Assembly (NCBI GenBank): GCA_963803575.1
Contig: CAWDMW010000002.1
Location: forward strand, 886,389 to 950,388
From: an uncultured Alphaproteobacteria bacterium
Lineage (GTDB): Bacteria; Pseudomonadota; Alphaproteobacteria; Rickettsiales; UBA998
Reading direction: 5' to 3'
DNA length: 64,000 bases
A program made the position numbers and the translations under genes. Every line of letters starts with the position of its first letter. The stretch's first letter is position 1. Shown one piece after another: positions 47,722 to 57,825 of this stretch. Under the pieces are notes generated by a model that made no database searches, was not told where the DNA came from, and saw only the letters and a list, made by a program, of their open reading frames with translations.

Positions 47722-49422
47722 TTAGTTTTTAGCAGAGCTATCTACATCGTTCAGTGCTGCTCCGAGAATATCTCCCAGTGTCGCACCACTATCAGAAGAG
47801 CCATAATCTTTCACAGCTTGCTTATGCTGCTCAATTTCAAGCTGTTTAATAGAAAGCTGAACCTCGCCCGTCTTTTTGTCTATGGAAGCAACTTTAGCAT
47901 CAATACGATCACCCACGGCAAAACGCTCGGAACGCTGTTCTTTACGTTCGCTGGATAGATCCATCTTCTTGATGTACCCTTTGCGATCATCACTTAATTT
48001 AACGACTAGTCCGTCTTTTTCTACTTCAGTGACTTCACAAGTGACTTGCTCACCACGACGCACCTGACTGGATGCACCTTCTTCATCAAGCTGTTTAATG
48101 CCAAGACTGATACGTTCTTTTTCTGCATCAATAATAAGGATTTTAGCTTTAACCACATCACCCTTATTATACTCTTTCACTGCATCTTCACCTGCAAGCG
48201 TCCAGCTAATATCAGAATGGTGAACTAATCCGTCAATCTCTTCTTCCAGATTTACAAATAGTCCGAACTCCGTAATATTGGCGATAGGGGCTTCAACCAC
48301 ATCACCAATTTTATGATGATCTGAGAAAGACTCCCATGGATTGGCAAGACACTGCTTCATACCAAGTGAAATACGGTGTTTTTCAGGCTCTACTTCAAGA
48401 ACCATCACGTCGATTTGCTCACCAACACTAACAATTTTACTTGGGTGCAGATTCTTCTTAACCCAGCTCATTTCAGAGATATGTACCAGACCTTCGATGC
48501 CATCTTCTAGCTCAACAAATACACCATAGTCAGTAATATTACTCACGCGGCCATTAAAGCGAGCGCCATTAACATAGATGTGTTCAGCGCCGTCCCATGG
48601 GTTCGTCTCAAGTTGTTTCATGCCAAGTGAAATACGCTTGGTGTTTTCGTCAAACTTAGTCACCATTACACGAAGCGTATCACCAATAGAAAATACTTCT
48701 GATGGGTGATTGATACGCTTCCACGAAATATCCGTAACGTGTAGCAGTCCATCGACTCCACCAAGATCAATAAAGGCACCATAGTCAGTGATATTTTTGA
48801 CGATACCTTCCATGATGTCGCCTTCCTTGATGTTCTCAAGGATTTCTTCACGTTGACCCTGACGTGACTCTTCCATGATAGCGCGACGAGATACTACAAT
48901 ATTCCCCCGCTTTCTATCCATTTTCAAAATCACAAACGGTTGAGTAACACCAATAAGTGGCGTAATATCTTTGATCGGGCGAATATCTACCTGACTACCA
49001 GGCAAGAACGCAACGGCACCATGAATGTTGACGGTAAAGCCACCTTTGACTTTACCAAAGATCACACCTTGTACGTGCTCTCCGGTTTCAGAAGCATCTT
49101 CAAGCTCACCCCATGCGGCTTCACGCACAGCACGCTCACGGCTAAGGACTAATTCCCCTTGTCGGTTTTCCAGCTTCTCAACATACACTTCGACAGAGTC
49201 ACCTACTTTAAGTTCCTCTTCCTGCCCGTTTTGTGTAAATTCTTTGACGGGTACCCGTCCTTCAGACTTTAACCCTACATCAATAGAGATAATGTCATTG
49301 GTGATTTTAATAATTGTCCCAGTGACAACATCACCTTCTTTAATATCTGATTCGCTCAGCGACGCTTCAAACAGCGCGGCAAAGTCTTCAAATTGTTCAT
49401 CTTGTTGTTCAGCTAATAGCAT
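47722..49422 (-). CDS. rpsA: 30S ribosomal protein S1 (566 aa)
   Basis: Six S1 repeats (e.g. GTIIKITNDIISIDVGLKSEG, GIVKNITDYGAFIDLGGVDGLLH). Confidence 0.95.
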   Translation of the reverse strand: MLLAEQQDEQFEDFAALFEASLSESDIKEGDVVTGTIIKITNDIISIDVGLKSEGRVPVKEFTQNGQEEELKVGDSVEVYVEKLENRQGELVLSRERAVREAAWGELEDASETGEHVQGVIFGKVKGGFTVNIHGAVAFLPGSQVDIRPIKDITPLIGVTQPFVILKMDRKRGNIVVSRRAIMEESRQGQREEILENIKEGDIMEGIVKNITDYGAFIDLGGVDGLLHVTDISWKRINHPSEVFSIGDTLRVMVTKFDENTKRISLGMKQLETNPWDGAEHIYVNGARFNGRVSNITDYGVFVELEDGIEGLVHISEMSWVKKNLHPSKIVSVGEQIDVMVLEVEPEKHRISLGMKQCLANPWESFSDHHKIGDVVEAPIANITEFGLFVNLEEEIDGLVHHSDISWTLAGEDAVKEYNKGDVVKAKILIIDAEKERISLGIKQLDEEGASSQVRRGEQVTCEVTEVEKDGLVVKLSDDRKGYIKKMDLSSERKEQRSERFAVGDRIDAKVASIDKKTGEVQLSIKQLEIEQHKQAVKDYGSSDSGATLGDILGAALNDVDSSAKN

Positions 49423-49562
49423 AATGTTAGTGTTACTCCTTTAATGTACCGCCTTTTAATAGCAAAACGGTACGTCTATATCATGGCCTTATTCATAATC
49501 GAAACAGTATTTGAAAAGCAAGCTATTATCGTGAAAAAAGCCAGCTTACGTTCTTTTTTAGC

Positions 49563-49805
49563 TTACAGACAGCGCGATTTATATGGGCCACATGGATCAT
49601 ATTGAACAGGGGGCGTGTAATAGGAATCATTATCCTGATAATAGATATATTCATCATCTATTGGAATACCGCTGCTTTGAGGAACCGGATGACGATAATC
49701 ATAGTTGTTCCACTGGGAGTTATATTGACTACCCGTTGAGCCGTTGCATCCTGACAGGATGACCGCTTGTATACATAGCAGTGTAAGTAGGTAAGTTTTT
49801 GTCAT
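49563..49805 (-). CDS. small lipoprotein (80 aa)
   Basis: Lipobox (VILSGC). The mature part is Tyr/Asp/Pro-rich. Confidence 0.5.
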   Translation of the reverse strand: MTKTYLLTLLCIQAVILSGCNGSTGSQYNSQWNNYDYRHPVPQSSGIPIDDEYIYYQDNDSYYTPPVQYDPCGPYKSRCL

Positions 49806-50019
49806 ATATAATTTCCTTCCTGCTAAATGTAATCATTCAGCTTGCTTCCCTGTTTTACAGTTCTTACCCAAAGAATCAAGTGTTTTGTTGCGTTGCACAA
49901 ATGCCTGATTCCCACAGTGCGCTATTAATATGCACTGTAAACAACGTATGAGACCAATATTTATTGGCTCTTATGCGTTGAGCTTGTAAATCTGGTAGGA
50001 TGTATAAACAAGTGCTGAT

Positions 50020-50997
50020 ATGACCAGATATTACGAAACGACTGCTAAATCAGATGTTAGTAGAGAATCCGACTTCATTTATCGCAACCGTAGTGCAAGT
50101 GTATGGCGTACGGGCTTGTATTATCTGGTCGGTATTATCGCCATCGTGTTCGTATATTTACTACGCCGTAATATTGGCGGGGATGTCACCTTTCTTGCGG
50201 CGGTTGTGCTGATCTTAGGCGGGTTGACGGTACATTCTATGGTAACCGTGCAAAAGCATCTGGATCTGGTCACGTCCATCGAATTTCAAAATGCCTTATT
50301 TTCTTCTGCCTTCCGTGAAGGGAAACTATTCTCGATGATCGTCAGTCAGGATGACCAAATGTATTATGCAGATGGTGGATTTTATCAGAACTTTCCTGAG
50401 CTTGCCAAATCACGGGGGCAGGTTTTGGATGCGATGGTGCAGAAAAGCCAGCATCCGGAAGATAATTTAAGTCGTATTACCAATGCTCTGGTCAATAGGA
50501 CACAGCAGGATTTAACCTTACTGCTTGAGATTGAGGAAAAACAGCAGGCTTGCCGTGTAACTATTATTCCACTGCCACGTCCTTCAGGGTATTTCTTTGT
50601 CAGTGCAGCCCTGACCGACAAAGATGACCACGAGTTATTGCCGCAAAGCATGTCTCGTGAAGAAACCGAAAATATTTTGACCGCGTTGTTTGCTCATGTA
50701 AGCGATATAGCCTATATGCTGGATATGAATGGGCGCATCATTCATTGTACCCAGAGTTTTGCTGAAGCACTGCGTTATACCAGCCCGTGTGATATTCGCG
50801 GGCAATATCTGGTATCATTACTGCCTGAGCATCAGGATAGTTTACCTGCTGCCTTTGCGTTGAAAGAGCTTAATCACACCTTGTTAGTGTTCCGTTGTAA
50901 CAATGGGGCAATGCGTGAAGCGCATGTGTCTCATATATGTGTGAAGGATCGCCATCAGTCGCCTTACCTGACACTAGGAAATCTTGCTTTATCTTAA
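50020..50997 (+). CDS. membrane-anchored PAS-like N-terminal portion of a CckA-like kinase (325 aa)
   Basis: Two TMs (LYYLVGIIAIVFVYLL; FLAAVVLILGGLTVHSMV), then two PAS-like regions (…DIAYMLDMNGRIIHCTQSFAEAL…). It is in the same frame as 51022..52638, separated from it by one TAA and 8 sense codons. Confidence 0.6.
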   Translation: MTRYYETTAKSDVSRESDFIYRNRSASVWRTGLYYLVGIIAIVFVYLLRRNIGGDVTFLAAVVLILGGLTVHSMVTVQKHLDLVTSIEFQNALFSSAFREGKLFSMIVSQDDQMYYADGGFYQNFPELAKSRGQVLDAMVQKSQHPEDNLSRITNALVNRTQQDLTLLLEIEEKQQACRVTIIPLPRPSGYFFVSAALTDKDDHELLPQSMSREETENILTALFAHVSDIAYMLDMNGRIIHCTQSFAEALRYTSPCDIRGQYLVSLLPEHQDSLPAAFALKELNHTLLVFRCNNGAMREAHVSHICVKDRHQSPYLTLGNLALS

Positions 50998-51021
50998 CCC
51001 TTTTTCTGCCCATTCCAATCT

Positions 51022-52638
51022 ATGTTAAATCCACTGCGTAAATTCAAAGAGATTAATCACTCTGTTCCTGAAACTTCGGATATGCTGGAGAGTTTTATTC
51101 GGCAATGTCCTATTCCTGTCATTGAAATTGATTCAGCCATGACAATCAGGCATGGTAACGTTGCGTTTCTGCAAATAGCAGGACTTGATAGCTATCCACT
51201 GGATACAACATTTAATACGTTACTAAAATCCAGTGAGCATGAAAATTTTGCCCGCACCGTACAACAAGCCTGTGAGACGCAACAAAGCAGTGCAGACTTG
51301 CTCTACACGCTCGTAAGACAGGATGGTGCAGAGATTAATATCCTTTTGAGTTTAACAGTACTGACAGGCGATACAGATAAGGATGCATCTGTTTTGCTGC
51401 TTATTCATGACGTAACGGAACAGAAAAATCTTGAGATGCGCTTTGCACATTCACAGAAAATGCAGGCGGTTGGTCAGCTTGCTGGTGGGGTGGCGCATGA
51501 TTTTAATAATTTGCTTACAGCCATGATAGGGTTCTGTGACCTGTTGCTGGCCAAACACCCTGCGGGCGACCCATCCTTTGCCGATATTATGCAGGTGAAG
51601 CAGAATGCTAATCGTGCAGCTAATCTGGTGCGGCAATTGCTGGCTTTCTCGCGTCGCCAGACATTGCAGCCTAAAAAGCTTGATGTAATTGACTTGCTGT
51701 CAGAATTATCCAATCTTATGCGACGTTTGATAGGCGAAAATATTACGTTAAACGTACAACACCAGCGTGATATATGGCCAGTATGCGTTGACCATGGGCA
51801 GTTAGAGCAGGTGTTGATTAATCTGGCGGTGAATGCACGTGATGCTATGAAAGATGGTGGCATATTGTCAGTGGAAACCAGTAATGTCACCATTCGTGAT
51901 AATGCCTCACTGGATGCTGAATTACGAGTTCCGCCTCAGGAAGATATGATTATGGCAGGCGATTATGTGCGTATCGTGATTAGTGATACAGGAACCGGTA
52001 TTCCTGAAGCGGTGCTGGATAATATTTTTGAACCCTTCTTTTCAACAAAGCCCGTGGGAAGTGGTACGGGCTTGGGGTTATCAACTGTTTACGGCATTAT
52101 CAAGCAAACAGGCGGCTATATTTACCTTGCATCTCAAGAAGGGAAGGGAACAGCGTTTCATTTGTTCATTCCGCGTCTTGTGGCAGACAATGCCGCGCAG
52201 GAAGAAGCGGTGAAGGAATTGCCTGACATGCAGGACTTGACCGGCACGGCTACCGTGCTACTGGTGGAAGACGAAACACCAGTGCGTATCTTTGCCTCAA
52301 GAGCGCTACAAAATAAGGGGTATCATGTGCTTGAAGCAGAATGTGCTGAAACGGCATTAGACATTTATGAAGAACATCAGGCAGAGGTGAATGTCATCGT
52401 GACAGATGTGATGATGCCGGGAATGAATGGTACCGATATGGTGGAAACACTGGATAAAACCTATCCTTACCGGATGCAGCATGTGAAAGTCATGTTTATG
52501 TCAGGCTATGCTGAAGATGCATTTGCCGATGGGTATGACGGCAACAGGGAATTTCATTTTTTGTCTAAACCGTTCACGCTAAAACAGCTCGCAACCCGAC
52601 TGAAAGATTTAACCAAGTCAACACAAGCGATGAATTAA
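51022..52638 (+). CDS. cckA: hybrid histidine kinase, CckA-like (PAS-HisKA-HATPase-REC, 538 aa)
   Basis: AVGQLAGGVAHDFNNLLTAMIGF (H-box), LINLAVNARDAM, DTGTGI, FEPFFSTKPVGSGTGLGLSTVYGIIKQTGGYI, and a receiver domain (VLLVEDE...VTDVMMPGMNG...FLSKPF). No Shine-Dalgarno sequence precedes ATG 51022. Confidence 0.75.
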   Translation: MLNPLRKFKEINHSVPETSDMLESFIRQCPIPVIEIDSAMTIRHGNVAFLQIAGLDSYPLDTTFNTLLKSSEHENFARTVQQACETQQSSADLLYTLVRQDGAEINILLSLTVLTGDTDKDASVLLLIHDVTEQKNLEMRFAHSQKMQAVGQLAGGVAHDFNNLLTAMIGFCDLLLAKHPAGDPSFADIMQVKQNANRAANLVRQLLAFSRRQTLQPKKLDVIDLLSELSNLMRRLIGENITLNVQHQRDIWPVCVDHGQLEQVLINLAVNARDAMKDGGILSVETSNVTIRDNASLDAELRVPPQEDMIMAGDYVRIVISDTGTGIPEAVLDNIFEPFFSTKPVGSGTGLGLSTVYGIIKQTGGYIYLASQEGKGTAFHLFIPRLVADNAAQEEAVKELPDMQDLTGTATVLLVEDETPVRIFASRALQNKGYHVLEAECAETALDIYEEHQAEVNVIVTDVMMPGMNGTDMVETLDKTYPYRMQHVKVMFMSGYAEDAFADGYDGNREFHFLSKPFTLKQLATRLKDLTKSTQAMN

Positions 52639-52920
52639 CGAGATAAATGAGTCTTAATCATCATAAGCTCCCTTAACATTTTGTTATGAATGTGCTATTA
52701 TAGCGAAAGGTGTATGGTGATGTGTTCTCACATAGCGATTAACCCATTCGCAACTTATCTGCCCTAGGGTAAACGGACTCAGTATGCATGGTGCTATAAT
52801 CGTTAAGTGGTTCCATCACCTGATAAAATAAGATGTCAAGTATAAAGCTTGCTTGATTTTTACGAATAGTAACGGCAGGATAGCACAGCGCTTACGTCAT
52901 GGTACAAACTTAGGGATTCT

Positions 52921-54450
52921 ATGAAGCATTATAATTTATGGACTACACTGACTGTGGTAGTTATGATATGTCTGATAGCAGCCATCAGTGCGCCTGCCTA
53001 TGCGGAAAAACATGCCGTGCTGGTGTATGACGCAGATACAAAACGTGTTTTGTATGAAGAGAATGGGTATTCACGACGCTATCCGGCATCACTCACGAAA
53101 ATGATGACTTTATATATGTTGTTTGAGCAAATGCGCGTGGGAAACGTGCGCAAGAACACGTCTATGACCGCATCTAAACATGCAGCGTCGCAGCCTCAAA
53201 CAAATATCTCATTGCGTACCGGTAACAAGATCACGGTCGATCAAGCTATACGTGCGTTGGTGGTGCGCTCTGCCAATGACGTGGCTGTGGTAGTTGCAGA
53301 ACATTTAGGGAAAACCCAAAAGAATTTTGCTCTTATGGCTACTCGTAAGGCTCGTCAGCTGGGCATGAAAGACACCGTGTTTAAAAACCCTCATGGCTTG
53401 CCAGACAGTCGTCAGGTGACGACTGCCAAGGATATGGCGTTGCTGGGTGCAGCGTTGCGTCGTGATTTTCCGCAATATTATCATTATTTCTCAGTTAAGA
53501 AATTCACCTATAACGGAAAACCATTTAAGTCCCATAATCGCGTGTTGAACAAATTACCGGGGGTAGATGGTATCAAAACAGGATACATACGGGCATCCGG
53601 GTTTAATCTGGTTAGTTCATTGAAACATCGCGGTAATAATATTGTAGCGGTTGTGATGGGAGGTACTAGCTCCTCACAGCGTGATGCACGTATGGTGAAG
53701 TTGCTGGAACGTACACATACTACGCTGCTTGCGCAACGTAGTGGCAAGCCGGTACAGGTGGCATTTGCACCATCTCCGATGGCAAAACCTTTATCCGCCA
53801 GTGCCTCGCCAGTGAAAACACTGGATAAGCTGATTGCTACCAGTGCCGCAAGTATCCCTGTAAACGTGGCTGATGCTAGCCCCACCGCCATTCAAACTGC
53901 ATATGCAAATACATTATCTGCACGTTCTACCATTCGCCCCACGCCAAAACCTGCATTAGTACCGGCACAAAATCAAGAAGTATCAAAGAAGCAGGAAGAC
54001 GATGATGATGGATGGTTCAACATCTCCATAGATTTTGGTAATAAGCCAACACCACCCGTGAAACAAGCTTCACCGCAGTCAGTAAATACAGCACGCCCTG
54101 CCGCATCACTACCTAAACATACGCTGGATTATCAGTTGGCGGCATTAAGTCACGATTTTCCGGTTCCCTCTAAGATTGATGCGAAAGGTCAAAGCGCGCA
54201 TGATCGTTCATGGGCAGTTCAGGTAGGTGTGTTCCGTGATACAGTATCAGCCAAAAAAGTTCTTTCAAACGTTGCACGTAAAGCACGATACCAATTGCGT
54301 GATGCAGTGGCATATGTTGAATATGCAGACCAGCAGGAACGTGGGTTTCATCGCGCGCGGTTGAAAAACCTTACATGGAAATCTGCCGATGAAGCATGCA
54401 AAGTATTGCTAAAAATGAATCAGGATTGCTTTGTAACCCGCGTAAATTAA
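52921..54450 (+). CDS. D-alanyl-D-alanine carboxypeptidase (S11) with a C-terminal SPOR domain (509 aa)
   Basis: Signal peptide, SLTKMMT (SxxK), SANDVA (SxN) and KTGYIRASG (KTG), then a Pro/Ala linker and a SPOR-like end (WAVQVGVFRDTVSAKK...FHRARL). Confidence 0.85.
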   Translation: MKHYNLWTTLTVVVMICLIAAISAPAYAEKHAVLVYDADTKRVLYEENGYSRRYPASLTKMMTLYMLFEQMRVGNVRKNTSMTASKHAASQPQTNISLRTGNKITVDQAIRALVVRSANDVAVVVAEHLGKTQKNFALMATRKARQLGMKDTVFKNPHGLPDSRQVTTAKDMALLGAALRRDFPQYYHYFSVKKFTYNGKPFKSHNRVLNKLPGVDGIKTGYIRASGFNLVSSLKHRGNNIVAVVMGGTSSSQRDARMVKLLERTHTTLLAQRSGKPVQVAFAPSPMAKPLSASASPVKTLDKLIATSAASIPVNVADASPTAIQTAYANTLSARSTIRPTPKPALVPAQNQEVSKKQEDDDDGWFNISIDFGNKPTPPVKQASPQSVNTARPAASLPKHTLDYQLAALSHDFPVPSKIDAKGQSAHDRSWAVQVGVFRDTVSAKKVLSNVARKARYQLRDAVAYVEYADQQERGFHRARLKNLTWKSADEACKVLLKMNQDCFVTRVN

Positions 54451-54526
54451 TTCGTTCATATGCTTTGCGCATGTTGTGACAAAGCTACTTGCGATTTAAG
54501 GTGTGGTATGTCACAACTGGTGAACT

Positions 54527-55264
54527 ATGGACCTATTTGTTGATGCAGTCGCGCTCACGAAATCATTTGGCACGGTTAATGCCGTAAAAGACTTATCACT
54601 TTCCGTACCCAAAGGGCAGGTGCTTGGATTCCTCGGTGCAAATGGTGCTGGAAAAACCACGACTATGCGCATGATTACCGGATACCTTCCACCCTCTGAG
54701 GGTGAAATAACCGTATGCGGCGTGAATGTGCTGCAACATACGGTACAGGCACAGCAACATATTGGATACCTGCCTGAAGGCGCACCGCTCTACCCTGATA
54801 TGACGCCGCACCAGTTGCTGCATTTTATTGCGGGTATACGTCAGCTACCTCGAGCATTTTTTGCCACCCAATATGACAAGATCGTAGCCCATCTTAATCT
54901 GGAAACAGTATTATATCAGCCTATGGATACGCTTTCCAAAGGATTCAAGCGCCGTGTAGGATTGGCACAGGCACTGATTCACGATCCCGACGTGCTTATT
55001 TTGGATGAGCCAACTGACGGTCTTGATCCACTACAAAAGCGTGAAGTACGTACACTCATTAAAACCATTGCAAAAGAAAAAGCAGTGATTATCTCAACCC
55101 ATATTCTAGAAGAGGTCGATGCAATCTGTAGTCGCGCAGTCATTATTGCCCATGGTACATTGCAAGCAGATGGCACCCCTCAAGAGTTAAGGCAGCAATA
55201 CGGGAAAGAGCATCTGGACGATATTTTCTGTGATATTGCTATGGCAAAAGGGCAGGCCTCATGA
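54527..55264 (+). CDS. ABC transporter ATP-binding protein (ABC-2/GldA-like)
   Basis: GANGAGKTTT, LSKGFKRRVGLAQAL, LILDEPTDGLD. Confidence 0.85.
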   Translation: MDLFVDAVALTKSFGTVNAVKDLSLSVPKGQVLGFLGANGAGKTTTMRMITGYLPPSEGEITVCGVNVLQHTVQAQQHIGYLPEGAPLYPDMTPHQLLHFIAGIRQLPRAFFATQYDKIVAHLNLETVLYQPMDTLSKGFKRRVGLAQALIHDPDVLILDEPTDGLDPLQKREVRTLIKTIAKEKAVIISTHILEEVDAICSRAVIIAHGTLQADGTPQELRQQYGKEHLDDIFCDIAMAKGQAS

Positions 55265-55998
55265 AGCAATTGCAAGCCGTATTTACCCGCGAACTTAGAG
55301 GATATTTTCAAACACCTGTTGCCTATGTGTTTATGATGGTGTTTTTGCTGGCCATTGGAGCATTTACCTTTTATCTGGAAAATTATTTCCAGCGCGGCAT
55401 TGCGGACATGGCACCTTTTTTTCAGTGGCATCCGTGGGTATATTTATTCCTGATCCCTGCGGTTAGTATGCGCTTATGGTCAGAAGAGCGCCATAGTGGT
55501 ACCATTGAATTGATTATGACGTTACCAGTCAGCCCGCGAACTTTGGTACTGGGTAAGTTTCTGGCTGCATGGTTGTTCATTATCATTACACTTGCATGTA
55601 CGTTGCCTACATGGATAACCGCTAATTATTTAGGGCAACCGGATAATGGTGTCATTATCGCTGCGTATCTGGCAAGCATTCTGTTGGCTGGTGCATATCT
55701 GGCCATTGGCAGCGCAATGTCAGCGTTAACATCCAATCAGGTAGTAGCGTTTATTTTAAGTGCAGCCATAGGGCTGCTATTTGTGATGTCTGGCTTTAAT
55801 GTAGTGATTCGTTTTCTGGAAGGCTGGTTGCCGCAATGGGGTATTGATGCTGTGATGTCACTCAGCCTGCTAGTTAATTATAATGGCATGACCAGCGGTG
55901 TGATTGAGCTAAAGCATCTTGTTTATTTTTTCAGTATGATGGGTTTTTGGCTGTTTGCCACACTCATTATTATCGAACAACGCAAAGGCAAGAGGTAA
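55261..55998 (+). CDS. ABC-2 type permease (GldF-like)
   Basis: Six TM helices and an ATGA overlap with the ATPase gene. Confidence 0.7.
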   Translation: MKQLQAVFTRELRGYFQTPVAYVFMMVFLLAIGAFTFYLENYFQRGIADMAPFFQWHPWVYLFLIPAVSMRLWSEERHSGTIELIMTLPVSPRTLVLGKFLAAWLFIIITLACTLPTWITANYLGQPDNGVIIAAYLASILLAGAYLAIGSAMSALTSNQVVAFILSAAIGLLFVMSGFNVVIRFLEGWLPQWGIDAVMSLSLLVNYNGMTSGVIELKHLVYFFSMMGFWLFATLIIIEQRKGKR

Positions 55999-56004
55999 CT
56001 GAAG

Positions 56005-57825
56005 ATGCAGCGTTATCTGGTGTTGTTTCTGGCATTTATTATCCTCATTGGAGTGAACATGATTGCCCGTTACGGGTTGCATTCTGTGCGTTTGGATGTA
56101 ACGGAGCAGGGGCATTTCACGGTATCGGATGAAGCCATATCTATTTTGACGTCTATAGATGAACCCGTCACGCTGCGTTTCTTCTTTACTCAGGAACAGG
56201 CAAATGGGCTGCCTGTGTTTCAAACATATGCAGAGCGCATTCGCAGTTTATTGCACCAATATGAAGATATGGCAGGGCAAAATATCACACTGGAATTCCT
56301 CAACCCTAAAGCATTCTCACAAGAAGAAGACGTGGCTGTAGCTCATGGCGTGCAGGGCATTCCGGTTGATGACAAAGGAAACCACTTTTATTTTGGGCTA
56401 AGTGTAGAAAATACCACAGATGATCGCGGCGTCATTGCTTTCTTTGATCCTTCCCGTAGTCAGTTCCTGGAATATGACATTATTCGCTTAATCCATGAAA
56501 TGGCGCAGCCAGAGCGCAAAACTATTGGTTTGCTCAGTACCCTACCAATGAAGGGTACGCCTGATATGAAGCAGATGCGTGTTGACGGCGAATGGATGAT
56601 ATTGCAACAAATGCAGTCTCAATTTAAAGTGGAGATACTGCCAGAAGAAGTGACGGCCATTGACCCGAATGTTATTGACACATTAATGCTAGTGCATCCC
56701 CATGATTTGCCTGATGCAACGCTCTATGCAATAGATCAGTATATAATGAAGGGAGGGCATCTGTTGCTGATGATGGATGCTTACGTCAATAGTCTTTCTG
56801 TCAGTGATAAAGCCAGTCAGCTTGACGTATTACTGGATAAATGGGGCGTGTCTGTGTCTTCTGATAAGGTGGCAGGTGAGAAAGATGCGGCAATTAGTGT
56901 GCAACAGCCAGGAGTCAGCCGCCTGCGAACATTCCCGAACGTAACCTGGCTGGAAATGGGATCGTCCTATTTTTCCGATAGTTCTGTACTGACCGCATCA
57001 CTTGAAATATTGCGCATGATTGAATCTGGTTTTATTACACAAGATGACAATTCTCCTTTGGATATGTTGCCATTAATCACTACCACTCCAGCGGCGATGA
57101 AAGTGCCGGTAGAGAATTTACAGAAAGCAATGCCTGTGAATCAGCTATACCATAATTATGTCCCTGATGGTGAACCGCTTATTTTGGCTGCTGAATTATA
57201 TGGTACGATAGACAGCGCGTTTGGCGATGAGAAGGCGGAGCAACAACAAAGCGATCATGTGTCTACCTCTGTTCGTCCGGCACGCATCGTGTTAATTGCT
57301 GATACAGACATGCTGCGTAACGAGTATTGGGTGAACGTGCAGCAGCTTTATGGAAGCACATTGATGGTGCCTAGTGCGGATAATGGTGCGTTCATTTTAA
57401 ATGCATTGGATTATCTGACAGGGAGTGATGCCCTGATTGCCATGCGTGGTGTTGGAACAACCGATCGACGTTTTGATGTGCTCGACGAGATGAAGCGCGA
57501 AGCTGAAAGCCGTTTTCGTGCGCAGGAGCAGGAGCTTCGCAATACGTTGAAGTCTATGGAGCAACGTTTGCGTGAGCTACAGACGCAGGAACAGCAGGGA
57601 ACCAGTCTTTTCACTGATGGGCAGGCAGAAGAAGTGCAGACGTTCAGAGAAGCCTTTTTAGAAACGCGCAAAAAACTGCGTCAGGTGCAGCGTGACTTAA
57701 ATGCTGACATTGAAGCGTTAGGCATGAAGCTGGCATGGCTAAATATTCTGGCGATACCTTTAGTGTTGCTCATATTAGCATTCGTGCTGCCGCGTACCAT
57801 TCGGCGTATGGGGAAAACCACATGA
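56005..57825 (+). CDS. ABC transporter auxiliary protein, GldG-like (606 aa)
   Basis: N- and C-terminal TMs around a large periplasmic domain. Its position after the ABC-2 pair is typical of the GldG / ABC_transp_aux family. Confidence 0.6.
   Translation: MQRYLVLFLAFIILIGVNMIARYGLHSVRLDVTEQGHFTVSDEAISILTSIDEPVTLRFFFTQEQANGLPVFQTYAERIRSLLHQYEDMAGQNITLEFLNPKAFSQEEDVAVAHGVQGIPVDDKGNHFYFGLSVENTTDDRGVIAFFDPSRSQFLEYDIIRLIHEMAQPERKTIGLLSTLPMKGTPDMKQMRVDGEWMILQQMQSQFKVEILPEEVTAIDPNVIDTLMLVHPHDLPDATLYAIDQYIMKGGHLLLMMDAYVNSLSVSDKASQLDVLLDKWGVSVSSDKVAGEKDAAISVQQPGVSRLRTFPNVTWLEMGSSYFSDSSVLTASLEILRMIESGFITQDDNSPLDMLPLITTTPAAMKVPVENLQKAMPVNQLYHNYVPDGEPLILAAELYGTIDSAFGDEKAEQQQSDHVSTSVRPARIVLIADTDMLRNEYWVNVQQLYGSTLMVPSADNGAFILNALDYLTGSDALIAMRGVGTTDRRFDVLDEMKREAESRFRAQEQELRNTLKSMEQRLRELQTQEQQGTSLFTDGQAEEVQTFREAFLETRKKLRQVQRDLNADIEALGMKLAWLNILAIPLVLLILAFVLPRTIRRMGKTT

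Noticed and set aside
50995-50997. Alternative genetic code (TAA read as sense) to explain the split CckA
   Set aside because: TAA clearly terminates many well-conserved genes in the window at their expected ends, for example hupB, the 555-aa gene, lolE and pheS.
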